Notes: generated by a model from the letters alone, not told the origin. Numbered from the stretch's first letter, positions 1 through 9,949 are shown. The stretch: 64,000 nucleotides of DNA from an uncultured delta proteobacterium (GCA_963717985.1 CAVQYC010000005.1:73106-137105), one strand, 5' to 3'. Translations and numbers: made by a program.

Positions 1-2
1 GA

Positions 3-1226
3 AACGCAAATGAGAATATCATGCTGTCCTTGCAAACGCAGCGCGCCATTTACATACTGGAAGGTCTCTGCGGCAATGCAGGCGCGCCGGGCGGGAAAGT
101 CCAGTGGACGAATCCTCCGCTCGTGGCCAGGGCCGCCCCGGAATTTACCTTGCAGGATCATGTTTCCAAGGAGGCACGTCAAAGGCGACTGGGGGCAGAG
201 CACGTGGCGCCCTTCATCTACTACGCCCTGCCGCAGAGCATAATAAAGGCGCTCATGACCGGCAAACCCTACATGCCTCATGTGGCTTACATTCAGGGAG
301 GAAACCTGCTCTGTACATGGAGCAATTCCAGGGAAACGATGGAGGCCTTCAAGAAGCTCGATTTCATTGCCACGGCTGACTTTTTTCTGACCCCCACGGT
401 CGAGATGTGTGATGTCGTTTTACCTGTGGCCCATTATCTTGAACATGATGCCGTCCGTCAATCGACAGACCTGCCATTCCTGGCCCAGGTGCAGCAGAAA
501 GTGGCTGATCCAGAGGACTGCAAGTCGGACACCCAGATCTATATCGAGCTGTCCCATAGGCTAGGATTGGGTGAGCTGTTCTGGAAAGATGAATACGATT
601 TCATGGAGGAGATGCTCAAACCCGCGGGGATTACCTTCGATGAGTTCCGAACCGTCCAGTTCCTGGGGTGCGTCAGACAGTACAGGCATTACGAGAGGGA
701 TGGTTTCAACACCCCTTCCGGCAAACTCGAATTCTACTCAAACGCACTGAAAGAGGCCGGCTCCGATCCTCTGCCTGTGTATCGCGAACCCGCAGAAACC
801 ATGTACAGTGAGCCAGGACTGGCAGACGAGTATCCCCTCATTCTCACTACCAGAAAGCCGGCGGTTTTCCGGCATGCCAATTTCAGACAGATAAAGAGCT
901 TGCGGTCCAGGCGTCCGGACCCGATCCTCAACATCAACCCCGAGACGGCGAAGAACCTGGGAATTGACGATGGAGACTGGGTCTATATCGAGAATAAACG
1001 CGGCAGGATAACCCATAGGGCGGAATATGCGGAAAGCCTGCACCCACGGGTTGTGGTGGGCGACCATGGCTGGTGGTACCCCGAGAAGGGAGTCGATGAA
1101 GATCTGCATGGATTTACGGAATCGTGCATCAATGCCATTACCAGCAACAGCCCGCCTTACAGCCCCGAGATGGGAAGCGTTACTTTAAGGGGCACGTTTT
1201 GCAAGGTCTACAAAGCCGAGAAGTGA
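3..1226 (+). CDS. molybdopterin (DMSO-reductase superfamily) oxidoreductase, C-terminal ~408 aa; 5' end outside window
   Basis: Frame is open from base 3 with no upstream stop. The tail YPLILTTRKPAVFRHANFRQ...NINPETAKNLGIDDGDWVYIENKRGRITHRAEY looks like the molybdopterin-dinucleotide-binding barrel that ends catalytic subunits of this family. Confidence 0.8.
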   Translation, partial: NANENIMLSLQTQRAIYILEGLCGNAGAPGGKVQWTNPPLVARAAPEFTLQDHVSKEARQRRLGAEHVAPFIYYALPQSIIKALMTGKPYMPHVAYIQGGNLLCTWSNSRETMEAFKKLDFIATADFFLTPTVEMCDVVLPVAHYLEHDAVRQSTDLPFLAQVQQKVADPEDCKSDTQIYIELSHRLGLGELFWKDEYDFMEEMLKPAGITFDEFRTVQFLGCVRQYRHYERDGFNTPSGKLEFYSNALKEAGSDPLPVYREPAETMYSEPGLADEYPLILTTRKPAVFRHANFRQIKSLRSRRPDPILNINPETAKNLGIDDGDWVYIENKRGRITHRAEYAESLHPRVVVGDHGWWYPEKGVDEDLHGFTESCINAITSNSPPYSPEMGSVTLRGTFCKVYKAEK

Positions 1227-1347
1227 CGCCATCGGTGCCGGCTGGACTGTACAACCGCACGCCGGGCCGCGTATACTCATAGGAAGGAAATGTGGCGGTA
1301 ACAAAGAACAATGGACGTTCTCGCGACTTTCAGATTACGGAGGTAGC

Positions 1348-2013
1348 ATGGATTCAATCGAAACGATAAGCGAGATACTGAGGGGACTCGCCAATGCGGT
1401 AGTCGCCTACGACGAGGAGAAGACAGTCGAACTGGCCAAGGTGGCGCTCGAAAAGGATATCGATCCGAGCGACGCGATACTGAAGGGTCTTGCCGTCGGG
1501 ATGGAGGAGGTGGGAAGGCTTTACCAGACGCAGGAATATTTCGTGCCCGAGCTGCTCCTTTGCGCCGATTCCATGAATGCGGCCCTCGATGTGCTGAAGC
1601 CCCACATTAAGGTCGAAGGGCAGGTGAAACCGCACAGCGTCGTCATTGGCACGGTCGAAGGTGATATCCACGAGATCGGCAAGAACCTCGTGAGAATTAT
1701 GTATGAGGCCGCGGGGTGGACGGTTTATGACCTTGGGGCGGATGTAAAGATCCCCCGGTTCTTGGAAGAGCAGAAGAGAACAGGGGCCGAGGTCGTGGCT
1801 ATCTCCTCTTTGATGACGACGAGCATGCTCGCTATACCCGAGATCATAAGACCTATTAAGGCCCACGATCCGGGGATAACCGTGATGGTCGGCGGAGCAC
1901 CGCTCAGCCGCGAGCTGGCGATGTCCTACGGAGCCGACGGGTTTGCCCTGAACTGCGGGACGGCGGTGAAGGAGACGCTTGAGGCCCTCAATGCGTTGAA
2001 GGGTAGGACATAA
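1348..2013 (+). CDS. corrinoid (B12-binding) protein of a methyltransferase system
   Basis: SD GGAGG lies upstream of the ATG. DxHxxG signature (GDIHEIGKN) is followed by VVAISSLMTTSM...MVGGAP. Size (221 aa) fits MtaC/MtbC-type corrinoid proteins. Confidence 0.85.
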   Translation: MDSIETISEILRGLANAVVAYDEEKTVELAKVALEKDIDPSDAILKGLAVGMEEVGRLYQTQEYFVPELLLCADSMNAALDVLKPHIKVEGQVKPHSVVIGTVEGDIHEIGKNLVRIMYEAAGWTVYDLGADVKIPRFLEEQKRTGAEVVAISSLMTTSMLAIPEIIRPIKAHDPGITVMVGGAPLSRELAMSYGADGFALNCGTAVKETLEALNALKGRT

Positions 2014-2049
2014 GAAAAGTCGAAACGGGGAGCCAAGGGAGGCGATGCC

Positions 2050-3129
2050 ATGGACGGGGATTGGAGTCTGAGAACGGACAGCATGACGCCACCGGAGAGG
2101 ATGAAGGCGCTCCTTTCGGGAAAACCGGTCGATCGAGTAGGCCTTTATCCTTTTGTCCGGGGTTTTTGCGCAATAAATGCAGGGATGCCGATGGACATCT
2201 TTTATTCGGACCCCGCAAGCAGCCTCGAGGCACAGTTGTGGACCCTCAAGATGTATAATCACGACGAGGTACTCAAGTTTGGTGGCGCCTGCTATGGCGC
2301 CTGGGAATTTGGCGGTGACATAACGATACCCACATCCGAGTGGCAGCAGGCCATCTCGGTTGCGCGCCATCCCGTCCAATCAGAGGAAGACGTGGAGCGC
2401 CTGGAGTTGCCTGACGTAACCACGGCAGGCACAATTCCGCGGACCATGGAGTTCAGCAGGCTGCAGCGCGCAGCGGGCCTTGTCTGCTCAGCCGCGGTGG
2501 GCAGCCCCTTCATGATCGCCGGGAACATCTGCGGGGTTGACAAGTTGTCGAGGTGGATGCTCAAGAAGCCCGCCCTGGCGCACAGATTGCTCCGGCTTGC
2601 GACCGACTTCGGGATGGCGGTCGCAAAGTACTGGTTGGATACGTTTGGCGCCGACAATGTGGATATCCGCGAGTCGGCGCCGACAGATTCGAACCAGGTA
2701 ATTTCGCCCAAACATTTCAAGGACTTCTCGTTTCCGTACCTCCTTGAGCTTCACGAGAAGGTGCTCGCCTTGGGTGCAAGATACATCTACAGCCATATAT
2801 GCGGCGAGCAGAACCTGAACCTCCCTATGTGGCGCGATTTGCCCTTCGGAGAGCTGGGAATCGCCAGTTTCGGCCATGAAGTGGATGTGACGAAGGCTGT
2901 AGAGATGCTGGGCGACAAGTGCATCATCGTCGGCAACGTGGAGCCTCGGATCCTCCAGACGGGAAGCCCGCGAGACGTTTACCAGCGGGCGCGGGAGTGT
3001 ATCGAGAAGGGTAAAGACGCACCCAGGGGCTTTATTCTGGGCACGGGATGCGAACTGCCGCCCAGAACCCCCACGGCAAACCTCTTTGCCATGAAAAAGG
3101 CCATCAATGACTTCGGCTGGTATGATTAG
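2050..3129 (+). CDS. MtaA/CmuA-type methyltransferase (uroporphyrinogen-decarboxylase fold)
   Basis: SD AAGGGAGG upstream. N-terminus MTPPERMKALLSGKPVDRVGLYPF and the overall 359-aa pattern are typical of URO-D family corrinoid methyltransferases. Paralog of the next gene. Confidence 0.8.
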   Translation: MDGDWSLRTDSMTPPERMKALLSGKPVDRVGLYPFVRGFCAINAGMPMDIFYSDPASSLEAQLWTLKMYNHDEVLKFGGACYGAWEFGGDITIPTSEWQQAISVARHPVQSEEDVERLELPDVTTAGTIPRTMEFSRLQRAAGLVCSAAVGSPFMIAGNICGVDKLSRWMLKKPALAHRLLRLATDFGMAVAKYWLDTFGADNVDIRESAPTDSNQVISPKHFKDFSFPYLLELHEKVLALGARYIYSHICGEQNLNLPMWRDLPFGELGIASFGHEVDVTKAVEMLGDKCIIVGNVEPRILQTGSPRDVYQRARECIEKGKDAPRGFILGTGCELPPRTPTANLFAMKKAINDFGWYD

Positions 3130-3196
3130 CAAGGAGCCCATGCGGAACGCCATGTCCGGCAGTAAGGACCAGACGACTCGACGAGAGGTGACTCGA

Positions 3197-4237
3197 ATGA
3201 CAGATCGAGCTATGAGATTACTCAGGGGTGAGCCTGTTGACCGAACCCCGCTTTTCCCCTTCATCCTTGGATTCTGCGCGAAGAATGCGGGGTATCCTGT
3301 TTCCACTATCTACAGCGACCCGCAAAAAAGCTTTAAACTCCAGTCGTGGACCCATGAGCAGTATGGTTTCGACTGGGGTCCCATCTACGGCTATGCCTCA
3401 TACGGTACCTGGGAATTTGGGGGCGAGATCAGGATGCCTGCCACCACCTATGAACAGGCCCCGTTCCACACGAGATTTCCGGTCGAGACAGAACAAGATG
3501 TGGCTCGAATGGGCTTGCCCGATCCAAGGTCCGCGGGATGCCTTCCCCTTTCAATGGAATTTTCCCGGCTCCAGGAAAGACATGGGAAGCCGATTTCCAT
3601 TGTGTGTGGCGGCAACTTTACCATTGCGGGAAACCTCTGCCCCGTTGAAAAGCTCTGCCGGTGGATGCTGAAGAAACCGGGGCTCGTACACAGTGTTATG
3701 CGCCTTACCACGGACCATATTCTCGATATCGTCCGTTACTGGGCCGATGTTTTCGGTGCAGAACGGGTGATCCCGCAGATGTGGGAACCCCTGGCAGCCA
3801 ACAGCATCATCTCGCCACGACAATTCGAGGCGTTCGTTTTCCCCTACATCAAGGAGTCGAGCGAGAAGATTTTATCCTTGGGGGTCAAGCACATTCTCTA
3901 CCACATCTGCGGCGATCAGAACAAGAATCTGCCTTTCTGGAGCCAGATTCCCATGGGCGAACCCGGCCTTTGCAGCTTCGGACTCGAGGTCGACCTTCTT
4001 ACGGCAATCGAGCACCTTGGTTCCAGGAATGTTATCATCGGCAATATAGACCCAAAATTGTACCTCAGCGAAACGCCGGAACAGATCTATAGCCTTTGCC
4101 GGGAGGCCCTGGAGAAGGGGAGGTCGGCACCCAGAGGTTTCATGCTGTCATCGGGCTGCGAGATCCCACCGGAGGCGCCGCCCTGTCACGTTTATCAGAT
4201 GCACAAGGCGATCAAGGATTCGGCGGCTGGCGGGTGA
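3197..4237 (+). CDS. second MtaA/CmuA-type methyltransferase (URO-D fold)
   Basis: Start chosen at ATG 3197 (SD GAGAGGTG); the longest ORF from 3107 would overlap the upstream gene. MTDRAMRLLRGEPVDRTPLFPF parallels the N-terminus of the upstream paralog. Confidence 0.8.
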   Translation: MTDRAMRLLRGEPVDRTPLFPFILGFCAKNAGYPVSTIYSDPQKSFKLQSWTHEQYGFDWGPIYGYASYGTWEFGGEIRMPATTYEQAPFHTRFPVETEQDVARMGLPDPRSAGCLPLSMEFSRLQERHGKPISIVCGGNFTIAGNLCPVEKLCRWMLKKPGLVHSVMRLTTDHILDIVRYWADVFGAERVIPQMWEPLAANSIISPRQFEAFVFPYIKESSEKILSLGVKHILYHICGDQNKNLPFWSQIPMGEPGLCSFGLEVDLLTAIEHLGSRNVIIGNIDPKLYLSETPEQIYSLCREALEKGRSAPRGFMLSSGCEIPPEAPPCHVYQMHKAIKDSAAGG

Positions 4238-4758
4238 TGCCGTAAGAGGCTGTGCCGAACAAACCGAACGGCTAGACGCTCAGCTCACGGAACACGTCCA
4301 ACGCCAACCGGCCGTGAAGAAGGTGCAGTAATTTGGGAATATACGGGGGTGGCGAACAGGGCAAACTGTGGGGGGGGGGTGTTTCCCAATGTTCATTAGT
4401 TATTCTCGCCCTGTCGGGGAACCTCGGGGGCATCTTCATTCCGTACATTCTCAATCACCGGATCAGCGTGTTCAGCCTTTTCACATGCCACTTCTTATCC
4501 TCCATTATCAGAAACATGCCGCAAAATTACAACAACTATATTCACGCTTTCCTATACGAAATGCAGTATTCATGGGCATGAGCTGATAAACTGTTTTCCA
4601 GGAAGGCAGCCTCAGGCGCGTAATGTTGATAGTGGGTGAAGATTTCATTCTCGGGAGCTCCACCTACTACTCATCGTTCTTAATGGCTCGTTGTTTCTGA
4701 GGATAACCACTCGTAACGATAGAAAGCACACGTCCATGAGGCTCCGAGATGATTTTGG

Positions 4759-5085
4759 CTACTTCCCGTGGAGAACATCCATCCAGCGAAGAGCCTCTGC
4801 CTCGCTTATCTTGCCCAAGTACATTTATGTCGTCTTGAGGTCCTAGTGCCGGGGTATCACCTTTGAGACAACTTCGAGGGGAATCCCGTTCCGGCTTGCA
4901 TACGTGGCTGAATGGCGCCTTAGATCGTGCGGTCGCATCTTCACGTTCAACTTGTCCCCCAGCCTTTTCACAAGGGACCGGGCGGTCGAATAGCAAATAG
5001 GAAACAGCTTCTCATCAGGGCGGATATTCTGGGCCTCGCGGTATGCGTTCAGCCTGCCGGCCAGAGTCTCAGGCATAAATGCGCT
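4759..5085 (-). pseudogene. tyrosine recombinase scar (C-terminal ~105 codons, two in-frame stops)
   Basis: Aligns with the C-terminus of the intact recombinase at 23114-23953 (AFMPETLAGRL...HDLRRHSATYASRNGIPLEV..RH*DLKTT*MYLGKISEAEALRWMDVLHGK). Stops at 4843-4845 (TAG) and 4825-4827 (TAA). No similarity upstream of about 5085. Confidence 0.85.
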
Positions 5086-5195
5086 CGTGGCGACAGCTTA
5101 GATTCCCTTACTCGAAGCTGACGTCTACTCAGTATCATCTACATCGATCTCGGTTGGATTATATCTCTACTTGACGTACTGCGCTAAGCGTTTCA

Positions 5196-6503
5196 TCACG
5201 GTTTTCCCATAAAGAAGTTAGGCAGAAAGGTCGCAATGTCAGGGAACAGGAAGAGGAGCGCGGCACAACCGATGAGACCGAGCAGGAAGGGCAATACCCC
5301 CCGGTAGATGACGCCGAAAGGTACTCCGGTAATGTTCTTCACGACGAAGACGCAGATGGCGACGGGCGGTATGATGACGCCGATCATGATCGTGATGCCT
5401 ATCTGGATCCCGAACCAGATGGGATCGTAGCCGAGCTTGACGACTGCGGGGTAAAAGATCGGGGTTGCAAGGATCATGAACGCGAGGTCGTCGATAAAGG
5501 ACCCGCCAAGCAGATAGATGAGGATGATAAGTATCATGACGAGCCATCGGGCAAAAGGAAGGCCCACGACCCAGTCTGCAGCGATGAAGGGTATCTGCGT
5601 AACGGCAAGGAAATGCCCGAGCACCGCAGAGCCCCAAATGAGAAAGAGCACCATACAGGCCGTCCTGAGTGATTCATCGAAGGATTTGACGAGCCTCTTC
5701 CAGCCAAGCTCCCGTCTCGCCGCGGCGAGGACCAGTACGCCGAGCGTTCCTATCGTGCCGGCTTCCGTCGGGCTGAATATCCCTGTCATGAGGCCGCCTA
5801 TGACGGCAATAAAAATAACGGCCACCCAGATGAATTCCGGGAGGGCATGCATCCTCTCGTGAAGCGAAGCCTTTTTGCTGGCCGGTGCGATGGAAGGATT
5901 TATCTTCACCCACCCGTAGATGATGAAAATGAAAAAGAGAGAGATCAGCAAGCCGGGCACGATGCCGGCGAGAAAGAGCCTGCCGATGGATTGCTCCACC
6001 ACGATGCCGTAGATAATGAGAACGATGCTCGGAGGGATGAGCATGCCGAGGGTGCCGACCGATGCGACGATGCCCGTGGAGAGCTTCTTGTCGTAGCCGT
6101 AGCGGTCCATCTCGGGAATGGCGATGCCCGCGAAGGTCGCGGTCGTCGCGAGGGTCGATCCGCACATGGCCTTGAAGAGGGTGGCCCCCACGACCGTCGT
6201 CATGGCGAGACCGCCGGGGATATGACCTACCCACTTATGAGCGCTCTGGTACAGCCTTTTCGCGATGTCCGCATTCGACGCGATCTGCCCCATGAGGACA
6301 AAAAGCGGTATGACCGTGAAGCCGTAGGAGGTGAAGGTGTCGAAAAAATCTTTGACCAGCAGGTTGCATGCCGGGGCGAAGCCGACCAGGTAGGCAAAAC
6401 CGATGAAACCTATCACCGCCATGCCGAAGGCAAGTTCTATGCCGGTGAGGAAGACGAGCATCAGTATGATGAGGGCGGTGATTCCCGTTATCACTTCACT
6501 CAT
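5196..6503 (-). CDS. dctM: TRAP transporter large permease
   Basis: 435-aa polytopic membrane protein. It overlaps the small-permease gene by 8 nt. Gene order is the typical DctP-Q-M order. Confidence 0.85.
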   Translation of the reverse strand: MSEVITGITALIILMLVFLTGIELAFGMAVIGFIGFAYLVGFAPACNLLVKDFFDTFTSYGFTVIPLFVLMGQIASNADIAKRLYQSAHKWVGHIPGGLAMTTVVGATLFKAMCGSTLATTATFAGIAIPEMDRYGYDKKLSTGIVASVGTLGMLIPPSIVLIIYGIVVEQSIGRLFLAGIVPGLLISLFFIFIIYGWVKINPSIAPASKKASLHERMHALPEFIWVAVIFIAVIGGLMTGIFSPTEAGTIGTLGVLVLAAARRELGWKRLVKSFDESLRTACMVLFLIWGSAVLGHFLAVTQIPFIAADWVVGLPFARWLVMILIILIYLLGGSFIDDLAFMILATPIFYPAVVKLGYDPIWFGIQIGITIMIGVIIPPVAICVFVVKNITGVPFGVIYRGVLPFLLGLIGCAALLFLFPDIATFLPNFFMGKP

Positions 6504-6981
6504 GTGCCGTCCCCCCTGCCGACCTCAACATGCCGGCGAACAACGTGAGGGACTCGAGGAAGCAACTGAGCGCGAGACCGAAGGTAATTGGGTAGTAGGG
6601 GATTTTCAGGCCGGCGCTCACCTCTCCTGTTGTGAGTAAGGTAAGCCCGTAGAGAATGAAGTTGACTCCGACGAAGAGGAAGAGGACAAGACCCACGAGT
6701 TGCGTTATAAATTCCATGATTCTTCTTCCCCTCGACGACAGCCTCTGGGTGAGGAAATCCACGATCACGTGCGCCCGCATCCAGGAGCTGTAAGGTACGG
6801 CGAAACCGATAATGACGGCGCCGGAAAACGAAATCAGCTCGATGGCTCCCACGATGGGCCTCCCGAGCGTCCTCATCGTAATGTCCGCGACCGTCACTGC
6901 CATCATGAACGCGAGGCCCACGCCCGCAACCACCTGGAAGGTGACATCCAGCTTATACACGATCGTCAGAAATTGTTTCAT
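6496..6981 (-). CDS. dctQ: TRAP transporter small permease
   Basis: 161 aa with about 4 hydrophobic segments, sitting between the DctP-like and DctM-like genes. Confidence 0.8.
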   Translation of the reverse strand: MKQFLTIVYKLDVTFQVVAGVGLAFMMAVTVADITMRTLGRPIVGAIELISFSGAVIIGFAVPYSSWMRAHVIVDFLTQRLSSRGRRIMEFITQLVGLVLFLFVGVNFILYGLTLLTTGEVSAGLKIPYYPITFGLALSCFLESLTLFAGMLRSAGGTAHE

Positions 6982-7066
6982 CTGGTCCTCTCCTCATACC
7001 CGTATCTGAAAGCAGCTTAAAGCCGCACGGCCCGGCGTCGACAGCCGGGCCGTGCGGCACATGGCT

Positions 7067-8086
7067 TTACGGATGGGTCTTTATATACTCCTGGCAGAAC
7101 TTCAATGCCTCTTCGCCGGGCAAATTCTTTGCCTTCATTTTCTCGACATAGCCATCGCGCACGGGTTTCATCTTAGCGGCCGTCTTCGCTTCTTCCTGTT
7201 GCGGCACCTTCACCCATTTTACCCCTTTGGTGATGGAGTATGCCTTCGATTCATCGTCCAGCCTGATCCACAGCTTGCCCTGTTTCTCGATCCACTCCTC
7301 GTTGATCTTCTCTATGATGTCCTGATCGGCCTTTGGAATGGAATTCCACTTTGCTTTGTTCATCACGACAAACATGGACGTCATGTAGGAGATCGCATAG
7401 TCTTCGAGAGCTCCTTTAACGACCTCTGCGAACCGCCAGCCCTTCAGGGTCTCTATGGGGCCGACGACGCCGTCCACGAGGCCCTTCTGGAGAGAATCGT
7501 ACGTCTCCGTGATAGGCTGGGTGACGGGGGCTCCGCCCACCGCCGAGACGATCGAGGCGCTTTCCGCGCTTGCTTTGATCCTCATGCCCTTCAGCTCCTC
7601 CAAAGAGGAGATCACCTTTTTCGTATAGAACAAAGCCGGGGCGGCGCCGTGGAGGTACATCACCTTGACGTCGTCGAATTCCTTCGGATGGAACTTCCTG
7701 TAGTATGCATTTGCCAGCTTTGTCGCCTGGTAGCCGTTCTTGTAGCCAAGCGGGAGCGCCAGTACCTCGCTCAGGGGCAGCCTGCCGGGCGCGTACGCCA
7801 GCAGCGCCTGCCCGATGTCGCTTATTCCTTTCACCGTGCTGTCATAGGTCTGCATGGGCGGGGTCAGCGTCCCTCCCGGGAAGTAGAGGACTTTCACGCG
7901 CCCGTTCGTCCTCTTGTCGACCTCCTTGCACCATTCCTCGGCGAGCTTGCTGATCTCGTGAACGGGCGGAAAGAAATTGGAATACCTTAGCTTTATGACC
8001 TTATCCTGTGCATGGAGAGACGCGGAGCCGACAAAGAACGCAAGAGTCATGCAGATGACAACCCATGTTGCCAGACTTCTTTTCAT
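7067..8086 (-). CDS. dctP: TRAP transporter substrate-binding protein
   Basis: Signal peptide MKRSLATWVVICMTLAFFVGSASLHA. 339 aa, first gene of the P-Q-M triplet. Confidence 0.85.
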   Translation of the reverse strand: MKRSLATWVVICMTLAFFVGSASLHAQDKVIKLRYSNFFPPVHEISKLAEEWCKEVDKRTNGRVKVLYFPGGTLTPPMQTYDSTVKGISDIGQALLAYAPGRLPLSEVLALPLGYKNGYQATKLANAYYRKFHPKEFDDVKVMYLHGAAPALFYTKKVISSLEELKGMRIKASAESASIVSAVGGAPVTQPITETYDSLQKGLVDGVVGPIETLKGWRFAEVVKGALEDYAISYMTSMFVVMNKAKWNSIPKADQDIIEKINEEWIEKQGKLWIRLDDESKAYSITKGVKWVKVPQQEEAKTAAKMKPVRDGYVEKMKAKNLPGEEALKFCQEYIKTHP

Positions 8087-8183
8087 AAATACCTCCTCCG
8101 TAAGACTTCGATTATCTTTCCCGGCACGAACCGCCGCCGGCTGCCTTTGCCGTGGGGGTCTTCCGGCCTTTGAGCCTGGCCGA

Positions 8184-8396
8184 TCACCCTCCGGGCGACG
8201 CCTCCTCTTCGATTGCCGATTGAGGACATGCCTTCCTGCACGTGCCGCATCCTTTGCACCGCGCCCGGTTTATCACGGCCCGTCCCCAGAGGAACCAGAT
8301 TGCGTGGTGCGCACACGCCTGGGCGCACGCTCCGCAGCCCAGGCACAGCTCGGTCTTCACCTTCAGGGCCTTCCTATCATTTTCCGGCGCCTGCAT
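8184..8396 (-). CDS. small 2x[4Fe-4S] ferredoxin-like protein
   Basis: Contains CLGCGACAQAC and CKGCGTCRKACP motifs. Overlaps the end of the upstream FAD oxidoreductase gene by 20 nt. Confidence 0.75.
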   Translation of the reverse strand: MQAPENDRKALKVKTELCLGCGACAQACAHHAIWFLWGRAVINRARCKGCGTCRKACPQSAIEEEASPGG

Positions 8397-9882
8397 TGTT
8401 CCTGATAGCCGCGGGGAGCACGACGTTCTGATCGATCAGCCTTCGCTGCAAGGTTTTCACGTCTATTTCCCCTGGGGTTACGTTCGCCTTTGCCGCCATC
8501 GCCGCCGCCGCGCCTGCGGCCTCGCCCATTTGCAGGCAGAATGGGATAATGTTAAGCACGTCATTGGCAACCAGGTCCGAGGAGAAGCAGCGCCCCGCCA
8601 CAAGCAGGTTCTCGATCTCCCGCGGCAGCATGGAACGGTAAGGGATGCACATGTGCGGATGGTCGGGTGAGACATTCGCATCGATGGGAGGGCACACCGC
8701 TATGGTGTCGTCGAAGACGGTGCCCGCGCGGATGTCCCTTTCGGTCACGAAATACTCTCCGAGCAGCCTTCTGCTCCCCCGCGTCCCTATCTGCGGCGCC
8801 ACGTTCATGATGAAGCTTTTCTCGAAGCCCGGCACCTTCTTCTTGAGAAAATCATGCGTTATCAACATGCCTTTTCGGCCGTTGACCTCCACCCAGGTAA
8901 GGTCTTCGAAGCTGAGAGCGCTCAGAAAACGTCTTTCAGCGACTTCATCGGAGGTCTCCGTGACAAAGCTGTCCATATAGTTGGGCACCCACTTCGGGAA
9001 ATAGTTGTTGACCCAGACGACGTCGTCGCGGAAGCCCCTCAATACCATGGAAAAGCCGCCGAGACTTTCCAGCTTGTACATCAACTCCGCGTACGTCTGC
9101 TGCTCCTCCGACATGAACCTGCTGAACCTCCCGGTGTCGACGTTGGCCATCTGAAAGATCAAAGCCAGCCTGGAAATTCTGGCCTTCGGGTCCATCTGGC
9201 CGTCATAGGGCGCTCCGGCCGTCGCAAATATGTCGCCGTCGCCTGTCGCGTCGATGACGACCTTCGACAGTATCGCCCGCCTGCCGGACTTGCTCTCGAA
9301 GAAGACGCCGCGAACCTGTCTCCCTTCGACCAGGGCCTGCGTGCCCCAGCAATGCAGAAAGAGCTTGACCCCGGCCTCTTCCATCATGTCGTTGAGGACG
9401 CATTTCAGGATCTCCGGGTCCACCATCACGCTCAGCCTTACCGTCCCTTCGATCACGAAGAAGAGGTACTCCTTCCATTTGTTGACCAGCTTTGGATCGG
9501 TTGAACCCAGGTCCTCGTAGCGGGGATGGACAACTCCTCCCACAACATCAAGCCTCCCGATCATTTCCCGGCAAATGCCTGCTACCTGCTGCTCCCTGGT
9601 GCCGTCGCTCAAGTGCGGAATAAGTATGACCAACCCCCCGGTGGCCATGCCTCCCAGGTGCCCGTATCTCTCGACGAGGACTGTTTTTACCCCGCTTCTG
9701 GCCGCCGCGAGGGCCGCTGCCGCTCCTGCCGGGCCGCCGCCTACCACCACCACATCGGCCTCGTCGACCACGTTAGTCTGCCTGGCCGGTTCCCTCACCG
9801 TCTTCTCTGCCGAAGTCTCCCCTGTGCTTGCCATTCGTATCGCCTCCTTTGGAATCATTCCCGCCGAGATATCCTCTCTCAT
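8377..9882 (-). CDS. FAD-dependent oxidoreductase
   Basis: Dinucleotide fold VVVVGGGPAGAAAALAAARSG near the N-terminus. 501 aa. SD GGATGGAG precedes ATG 9882. Confidence 0.75.
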   Translation of the reverse strand: MREDISAGMIPKEAIRMASTGETSAEKTVREPARQTNVVDEADVVVVGGGPAGAAAALAAARSGVKTVLVERYGHLGGMATGGLVILIPHLSDGTREQQVAGICREMIGRLDVVGGVVHPRYEDLGSTDPKLVNKWKEYLFFVIEGTVRLSVMVDPEILKCVLNDMMEEAGVKLFLHCWGTQALVEGRQVRGVFFESKSGRRAILSKVVIDATGDGDIFATAGAPYDGQMDPKARISRLALIFQMANVDTGRFSRFMSEEQQTYAELMYKLESLGGFSMVLRGFRDDVVWVNNYFPKWVPNYMDSFVTETSDEVAERRFLSALSFEDLTWVEVNGRKGMLITHDFLKKKVPGFEKSFIMNVAPQIGTRGSRRLLGEYFVTERDIRAGTVFDDTIAVCPPIDANVSPDHPHMCIPYRSMLPREIENLLVAGRCFSSDLVANDVLNIIPFCLQMGEAAGAAAAMAAKANVTPGEIDVKTLQRRLIDQNVVLPAAIRNNAGAGK

Positions 9883-9949
9883 TTGAAAGTCTCCATCCTA
9901 CAGGGCTTCTCGCCTGGAGACCTTCACGGAAAGAACATACAGGAGTCGA

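Noticed and set aside
1354-2379. Long antisense or shadow ORFs. Examples: 1354-2379(-), 7052-7990(+), 34160-35161(-), 46859-48052(-), 51132-52190(-), 53082-53876(-), 56920-58023(+), 60408-61364(+).
   Set aside because: Each lies opposite a gene with clear family motifs. Their translations are Arg/Gly/Pro/His-rich and low in complexity, as expected for the non-coding strand of GC-rich genes. None has a ribosome-binding site.
4370-4379. A G10 homopolymer in the non-coding stretch after the methyltransferase genes, which could be a phase-variation tract.
   Set aside because: It is not inside or just upstream of any credible gene. The surrounding 4240-4600 region is AT-richer decayed DNA, and a single tract is no evidence for a switch.
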